64,000 nt of DNA from a virus: the IMG/VR virus record IMGVR_UViG_3300030419_007010, positions 32,001 through 96,000 of that record. The stretch is one strand, 5' to 3'. Below, piece by piece: positions 59,142-64,000 of the stretch. Position 1 is the first letter of the stretch. The number at the start of each line of letters is the position of its first letter. The position numbers and the translations under genes are program-made. Under the pieces are notes generated by a model. It was not told the origin of the DNA. It saw only the letters and a program-made list of their open reading frames with translations, and searched no databases.

Positions 59142-60074
59142 TTAATTTGTCTTATTCTTCTTACTCAAAAATGGTCTGTCTTGTGATAACCAGTATATCC
59201 TAAAATTATTAACTGTATTATAAAAATGTTCTATATCCATTTGTGTATCATCTGCTTGTTGAAACATTTTTTGTGGAACTTCAAGAATAGCATCTAGTGA
59301 CGCAAACGTTGGTTTTGCGAAAAAAGGAGAAGGATGATCGTGATGAGCTACAACTTTATTAATAGAAGTTTGATATCTAGTCCAAGTTTGAAAAATAGTA
59401 TTAGCACAATCGATTAAATATAAAATTTCTTCAAACATTAAAGCTAGCTGGTCGCCTTTAACCAGTGGTTCAAGGGCCGCATTTCCCCCGGTTCTGTTGC
59501 CAGCTATCAAGTGAATTCCGCCGATAGTTTCTAATTTACCATTTCTAGAATTAAAACCATCCATTCCTGTCACTAATTTTAAATTCTGCCTCGCCATAAT
59601 TCTAACTTCGTCCGCTTTAATGCCGATCCCGGATACTGCTTTTGGTTTTGGTCGCGGTTTTAAGCCAAAATAATCATCAATATCAGTTTTTTGGCTAATA
59701 TATATTCTTGCTGCATCTCTTTTGAAATCTGGATTTACAAACTGTGTTTCAAAATTAACTTCTCGGCACGGATGTCGGCCGACTACTATATCGATAGATC
59801 CGCATTGAGTATCTCCCTTACCACCATAGCCACTAGCTCTTCCAGATCGACGGTCTCGGCCGACTACTATATAAGCATTGTTTGCATTACTTGAACCTTC
59901 AACAACTTCTTCATAATCTGTTTTAATAAATATTGCGGACTGATCTACCGGTTTTTCTCCTGCAACTCCGCTTAATTTAAGCGTAACTAACTGTTCAGGA
60001 GTTAAATTTTTAAAAGTTACTTTATCTTCAGAAGATAAGCACTCTTGATCAATAGAGGGAATTTTTTTAGTCAT
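59142..60074 (-). CDS. Putative baseplate central spike (gp5 C-terminal / gpV-like) (310 aa)
   Basis: Short beta-strand runs (SIDIVVG, RIYISQ, IGIKADEVRIMAR, IHLIAG), LVKGDQL and an HDH motif. Follows the gp5-like gene. Confidence 0.55.
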   Translation of the reverse strand: MTKKIPSIDQECLSSEDKVTFKNLTPEQLVTLKLSGVAGEKPVDQSAIFIKTDYEEVVEGSSNANNAYIVVGRDRRSGRASGYGGKGDTQCGSIDIVVGRHPCREVNFETQFVNPDFKRDAARIYISQKTDIDDYFGLKPRPKPKAVSGIGIKADEVRIMARQNLKLVTGMDGFNSRNGKLETIGGIHLIAGNRTGGNAALEPLVKGDQLALMFEEILYLIDCANTIFQTWTRYQTSINKVVAHHDHPSPFFAKPTFASLDAILEVPQKMFQQADDTQMDIEHFYNTVNNFRIYWLSQDRPFLSKKNKTN

Positions 60075-60078
60075 TTTA

Positions 60079-62694
60079 TTAAGTAGCTACAGGCTGTTTT
60101 GATGTATCCTTTCCTGCTTCTTCAGCATCCATCTCTTGCGCTAGAGAAAATTTGTAATAGTCTAAAAATACTGTTGCTTTTTTACTCGTATGCTGGCCTT
60201 CATAACCTGCTCCCGGTAAAGAAGCCCATATTTTTCTAATCTTTTTAACTGCCAAAAAAAACTGTTGTTCAAACATGTTAGTTGGTTTTGCTCCAACTTC
60301 TGGAATTGCTTGTATTGTTGGCGGGCGTGTATCTCGACCAGTGCCAAAATCGCGGCCTCCCTGGGCCCATTGTTCCGGAGAGACAAAATTTTCTCCGCCT
60401 TCTTCTAGGATTCTTTTAATACCCTGGCTAGCTAAAAAATTAGCAACACATCTATCTTGATTCAATGGGCTAAAATCATTTTCATCAGAAGTATATAATT
60501 TACCCCATCCCGGTTTACCATTTTTGCCAAACCATGTTCCTTCCATAAACTGATATCTTCCTGCTGCAGTTGAATTATTTTTCCATTCCAGTGATTTTCC
60601 ATTTTCGTCGACTCTTCCAGTAAATCGATCCGACCATTTAAATAAAAGCCTGGGATGTCCGCCTTCATATCCAACAAAAGAATTTCCAACTGGTGATTTT
60701 GGCCCTAAACGAGTCGCTTCATTAGCATTTGTGTATTTCGGTAGGCCATTCTGGGCGCGTTGGAGAACAAAATCTCCTCCTACACATAGTTGGTATGGAC
60801 TAATACCGGAATGAGATTTTCGGCCACCTTCTCCAATAACGATCATTCTCATAAAAGCTCGTATATATTTTGTAGCATTTTTGTTTCCATCTTTTTTAGC
60901 CTCTTCCCAATTAAGGGCCAAAGGCTCAGTTTCATGTCTGTTTTTTGTGTTTCTGGTCCCCGGGGTACAAGGATCACAAGGTACAGGCTTACTAGCTTTA
61001 TCGTCCTCTTCTAACAATTCTTCAATAGCCTCTGCTTCTGCCTGCAGGTTATCTAGTTGCTCAGATACTACAGTTGTGTCTTCTCCCTTTTCTTGCATCT
61101 GCATTAATTGTTCTGTTTTAATATTGATTTCTTCATTTATTTTAGATAATTTTTCAACATATTCTTCTCTTTGTTTAGTAGAAATAGCTTTCGGCATTTT
61201 TTCATATTTTTTTATGTCTCTATCAAGTTCTTTTAATCTTTCTTGATCTCGTTCTGCTTCGGGAAGCTGCAAGATCTCGTCCTTTTCTTTTTTAGCAGCA
61301 AACAAGGCCGCAACTGGGTCTATTGATACTTTTGGAGATTTGCTCGACTGGGGGCCGGGGGCGGCCGATTTAGTAGAAGTTAACGACATTCCTCGCTCTT
61401 CGCTGGCTACTTTTTTAACATACTCCAAAGCAGCCTCTGTTGTTAAGTGTACGCCGTCGCCGCCGGGTGATTGATAGTTTGGTAAATAATGATCTTTTCC
61501 GGCGTAATTATCGTTGGCAGACCCAATTGGATTAATAAAAAATAAAGTTTTATCATATTCTGAAAAAGTTTTTAGAGCTTCTTCAATTACTAAATTAACG
61601 TTTTCTCTATAATTCCAGTATCCAGGCTGATCCCAATCGTGGCGCGGTACTTTGAAACCGGAAGACTTATTTGCAACAGTCGGCGGACACCCGAACCACA
61701 TAACAGTTTTCGATGATCCCAAACATTGTTTTGCTAGATCTATAGTTTTTGTTATAAATTCCTTTTTCCACGCTTTATATCCAGAGCTTCCAGGAGGATT
61801 ACTGGAACCATAATTGCTATTGCCGCCCAGACTAATGATAACCAACTCCGGATTTGTCGCCAGTCCGTCGTCTAAGAAGCCTTTTAATTCAAACCCAGGA
61901 GGATTTGGTTTTAAATCTACAGTTTTCCCTGGTTTTCTCCAGTGCCTCACTGCAGAACCTGATCGGGCCTTTCTTTTTATTGCCCACCCATGATGTTTTA
62001 AATAAGTTTCGAAAACTTGTCCAAACTGGCCTACCATTTGACTGTCACCAAACAAAAAAGCTGAACTATTGCTGCTCTTTGGCTTTAAAGAACCCCTTGG
62101 AGCAGGAAACAAACTAACATCGATTTTTCCGTCGGAGCCGGCCTTTCTTTGCAAACACCCTTGTCCCGGGGCGTATTCAAGGCAATTTCTTGAGCTTCTT
62201 TTAGTTCTTCCAAGGTTTAATCTTCCAGCCTTATCTTCTAGATAATCTTTATAAATAGGAGCATCTAAATTTTCTGCTCCCAAGTGAGAAACCAAAACTC
62301 GATCCCCGACGCGAGGGACGGGTAATCTATTATGTGCTGCCGTATATGTAGGGTGCATATCTATAACATAGTGATCCTTTGGTGAGCGAGGTTCTGAAAT
62401 CTGGGCATGCAATTCTGGGACTCTTACTTTGATTCTAATATGAGTTCTTCTGCGCGGCTGTTCATCGGATGCATCGAGAAAATTATTAGGTTCTGTCGTG
62501 CGACCCTCAACTCTTAGTACTACCCCAATCCAATCAACTCTTTTTGACAAAGCATCAGAAGAATAATGAGATTCCTGAATTTCTCTGGACATATCCTCAT
62601 AAGTGCTTACTTGAGAATCATATCTTGCCCCAAAAGTCTTTTGTGATACCGGATTTAAGTCTCCGTAAGCCGACCAATTGAAACTAAAACTCAC
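60079..62694 (-). CDS. gp5-like hub: OB-fold, SGNH/GDSL esterase and lambda R-type lytic transglycosylase (871 aa)
   Basis: OB-fold GVVLRV...RIKVRVPELH...PRVGDRVLV; SGNH GDS, G, GGN, DGVH; transglycosylase FMRMIVIGEG, STAAGRYQF, FSPLNQD, WASLPG. Confidence 0.8.
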   Translation of the reverse strand: MSFSFNWSAYGDLNPVSQKTFGARYDSQVSTYEDMSREIQESHYSSDALSKRVDWIGVVLRVEGRTTEPNNFLDASDEQPRRRTHIRIKVRVPELHAQISEPRSPKDHYVIDMHPTYTAAHNRLPVPRVGDRVLVSHLGAENLDAPIYKDYLEDKAGRLNLGRTKRSSRNCLEYAPGQGCLQRKAGSDGKIDVSLFPAPRGSLKPKSSNSSAFLFGDSQMVGQFGQVFETYLKHHGWAIKRKARSGSAVRHWRKPGKTVDLKPNPPGFELKGFLDDGLATNPELVIISLGGNSNYGSSNPPGSSGYKAWKKEFITKTIDLAKQCLGSSKTVMWFGCPPTVANKSSGFKVPRHDWDQPGYWNYRENVNLVIEEALKTFSEYDKTLFFINPIGSANDNYAGKDHYLPNYQSPGGDGVHLTTEAALEYVKKVASEERGMSLTSTKSAAPGPQSSKSPKVSIDPVAALFAAKKEKDEILQLPEAERDQERLKELDRDIKKYEKMPKAISTKQREEYVEKLSKINEEINIKTEQLMQMQEKGEDTTVVSEQLDNLQAEAEAIEELLEEDDKASKPVPCDPCTPGTRNTKNRHETEPLALNWEEAKKDGNKNATKYIRAFMRMIVIGEGGRKSHSGISPYQLCVGGDFVLQRAQNGLPKYTNANEATRLGPKSPVGNSFVGYEGGHPRLLFKWSDRFTGRVDENGKSLEWKNNSTAAGRYQFMEGTWFGKNGKPGWGKLYTSDENDFSPLNQDRCVANFLASQGIKRILEEGGENFVSPEQWAQGGRDFGTGRDTRPPTIQAIPEVGAKPTNMFEQQFFLAVKKIRKIWASLPGAGYEGQHTSKKATVFLDYYKFSLAQEMDAEEAGKDTSKQPVAT

Positions 62695-62696
62695 TA

Positions 62697-62999
62697 TTAA
62701 TCCTCCGATTTATTGATCAAATCAAAAATATCTTCCTTGTCTTGAGAAGTTAAACCGTCTTTCGTAGCAGTTCTTTTGTGTACCAAGCCAGCTATCTTTA
62801 CTAGTTGTTCATTTGATCTTTGAAGAGTCTCTAAATACTTCGAAGCAACTTGGCCAAGCTCCTTATGATCATAATTATTGTTCATACTTTTCATAAGGTC
62901 TGTTAATAAAGTTAAAGCCAGCGCCCTATCATTTTCGATATTCTCGCTGGCTGAAGTTATATATCCATCGATATCTTTTATGTTTTTCCCTCGTCCCAT
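62697..62999 (-). CDS. Hypothetical protein (100 aa)
   Basis: Helical ORF overlapping the end of the sigma gene. Confidence 0.6.
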   Translation of the reverse strand: MGRGKNIKDIDGYITSASENIENDRALALTLLTDLMKSMNNNYDHKELGQVASKYLETLQRSNEQLVKIAGLVHKRTATKDGLTSQDKEDIFDLINKSED

Positions 63000-63679
63000 T
63001 TTCTTTTAAACGTCCTATACTTTGATCTTATTTTATTAAGATTATTAACAACTTGCTTTGTATTAAGACCAGTTATTTCCCTAATGTATAGATAAATAGC
63101 TTTTTTATTAAAAATTTCGATTTCATCAACAGTTTCGAAAAGTATCTTTACTGCTTCAAGCACTTTTTTTTCATTATCTTTTAATTTTAAGTTATCCCAA
63201 GAATTAATTTCTTTCCAAAGATGTTGCCAAAATTCAAAATGTTCTCGATCGCTTTCATATGGATGATCAATGGAAAAGTGTTTTTGATGTACATCTCCGG
63301 AGATCTCTTCATATTGAACTTCTCGCTGGAGATTTCTGCTGTTTCTTTTTACCTTATGAATAAACCAATTCTTTGTAATAACACTGAAATAGGAAAATGC
63401 TTTTGACTTCTTCGACGGATCATACTTGTCCAAGATAGTCATAAGCCATACTTTACATTCTTCTTTAAGACTGTCTATATTTGGTAGATTCGTGAACTTA
63501 TATGTATAGACAATCTTATCAACCATTTCGTTAAAAGCCGGCTCTATATACAATACATAAAGTTCTGTTCTTACTTTATTATCTTCAGTTGAAGCATATT
63601 GAATAATTGCTTCTTCATGAACTTTTACAAAATAGTTATTTTTTTTAGGCTTCTTCGTCTTCTTCTGGCTCGTTGTCAT
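62978..63679 (-). CDS. Phage sigma factor, T4 gp55-like late transcription factor
   Basis: NNYF...AIIQY, and region-2-like LDKYDPSKKSKAFSYFSVITKNWF. Sits at the head of the structural gene cluster. Confidence 0.7.
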   Translation of the reverse strand: MTTSQKKTKKPKKNNYFVKVHEEAIIQYASTEDNKVRTELYVLYIEPAFNEMVDKIVYTYKFTNLPNIDSLKEECKVWLMTILDKYDPSKKSKAFSYFSVITKNWFIHKVKRNSRNLQREVQYEEISGDVHQKHFSIDHPYESDREHFEFWQHLWKEINSWDNLKLKDNEKKVLEAVKILFETVDEIEIFNKKAIYLYIREITGLNTKQVVNNLNKIRSKYRTFKRKWDEGKT

Positions 63680-63974
63680 CTATTTCCTCATCGTCTAAAT
63701 CTGACGAATATTTATCCTTGTAGAAATCTATATCTGAAACCACATCCTTCGTATGCTGTATCAGCCCTTCTAGAGTTTGATCCCCATAGAACATCTCCAG
63801 CTCGTGGACTGCCTCGATATGATTTTGTAAAGAAGACATAGTATCCAAAAGTTGATTTAGATCTTCGTTAACGTCAGAAAGTTCTACAACCAAATTTCTG
63901 ACAAACCAAGCTAGGCCTATGTTTAGTAGAACAGATAAATATAAGAAAAATGGGACCGGGCCCAGTACTGCCAT
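63645..63974 (-). CDS. Hypothetical membrane-anchored protein (109 aa)
   Basis: N-terminal TM, coiled coil and acidic tail. Confidence 0.55.
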   Translation of the reverse strand: MAVLGPVPFFLYLSVLLNIGLAWFVRNLVVELSDVNEDLNQLLDTMSSLQNHIEAVHELEMFYGDQTLEGLIQHTKDVVSDIDFYKDKYSSDLDDEEIDDNEPEEDEEA

Positions 63975-64000
63975 TAACAGTATAGAGTTAAGAACTAATG

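Noticed and set aside
19-62117. Plus-strand ORFs in the track (for example 5415-5900, 19938-20603, 51276-51686)
   Set aside because: All are antisense shadows of longer minus-strand genes, with no motifs of their own.
1-64000. Stop-codon reassignment as in some large phages
   Set aside because: Genes are intact and densely packed in the standard code; TAG and TGA both end genes at sensible boundaries.

Overview
64 kb of a large T4-like (myovirus-type) bacteriophage genome, read in the standard genetic code. All credible genes are on the minus strand and tightly packed, many with TAATG stop/start overlaps. In transcription order (right to left): gp55-like late sigma factor; a baseplate module (gp5-like hub with OB-fold, SGNH esterase and lambda-type lytic transglycosylase; separate spike protein; 2877-aa protein; gp25; gp6; DNRLRE-like protein; 3571-aa LamG/MAM wedge protein; further baseplate or collar proteins); RuvC-like resolvase and primase; four small genes sharing an MxITKxxLxxIIKEE leader; an Mre11-Rad50 fusion behind a sigma70 promoter; a holin/spanin-like cassette; two S74-chaperone fibres; terminase large subunit, portal and prohead protease; a further leader-bearing protein; a phage ribosomal protein bS21; and repeat-rich fibre genes. 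No tRNA, rRNA, CRISPR array, integrase, major capsid or tail sheath gene was recognised. The strongest leads are (1) a leader-tagged cargo family that may be a capsid-packaging signal with swappable cargo, backed by a 64-bp exact repeat flanking one member, and (2) the esterase plus transglycosylase tail hub, which could defeat peptidoglycan O-acetylation. All assignments come from motif recognition by eye; no searches were run.
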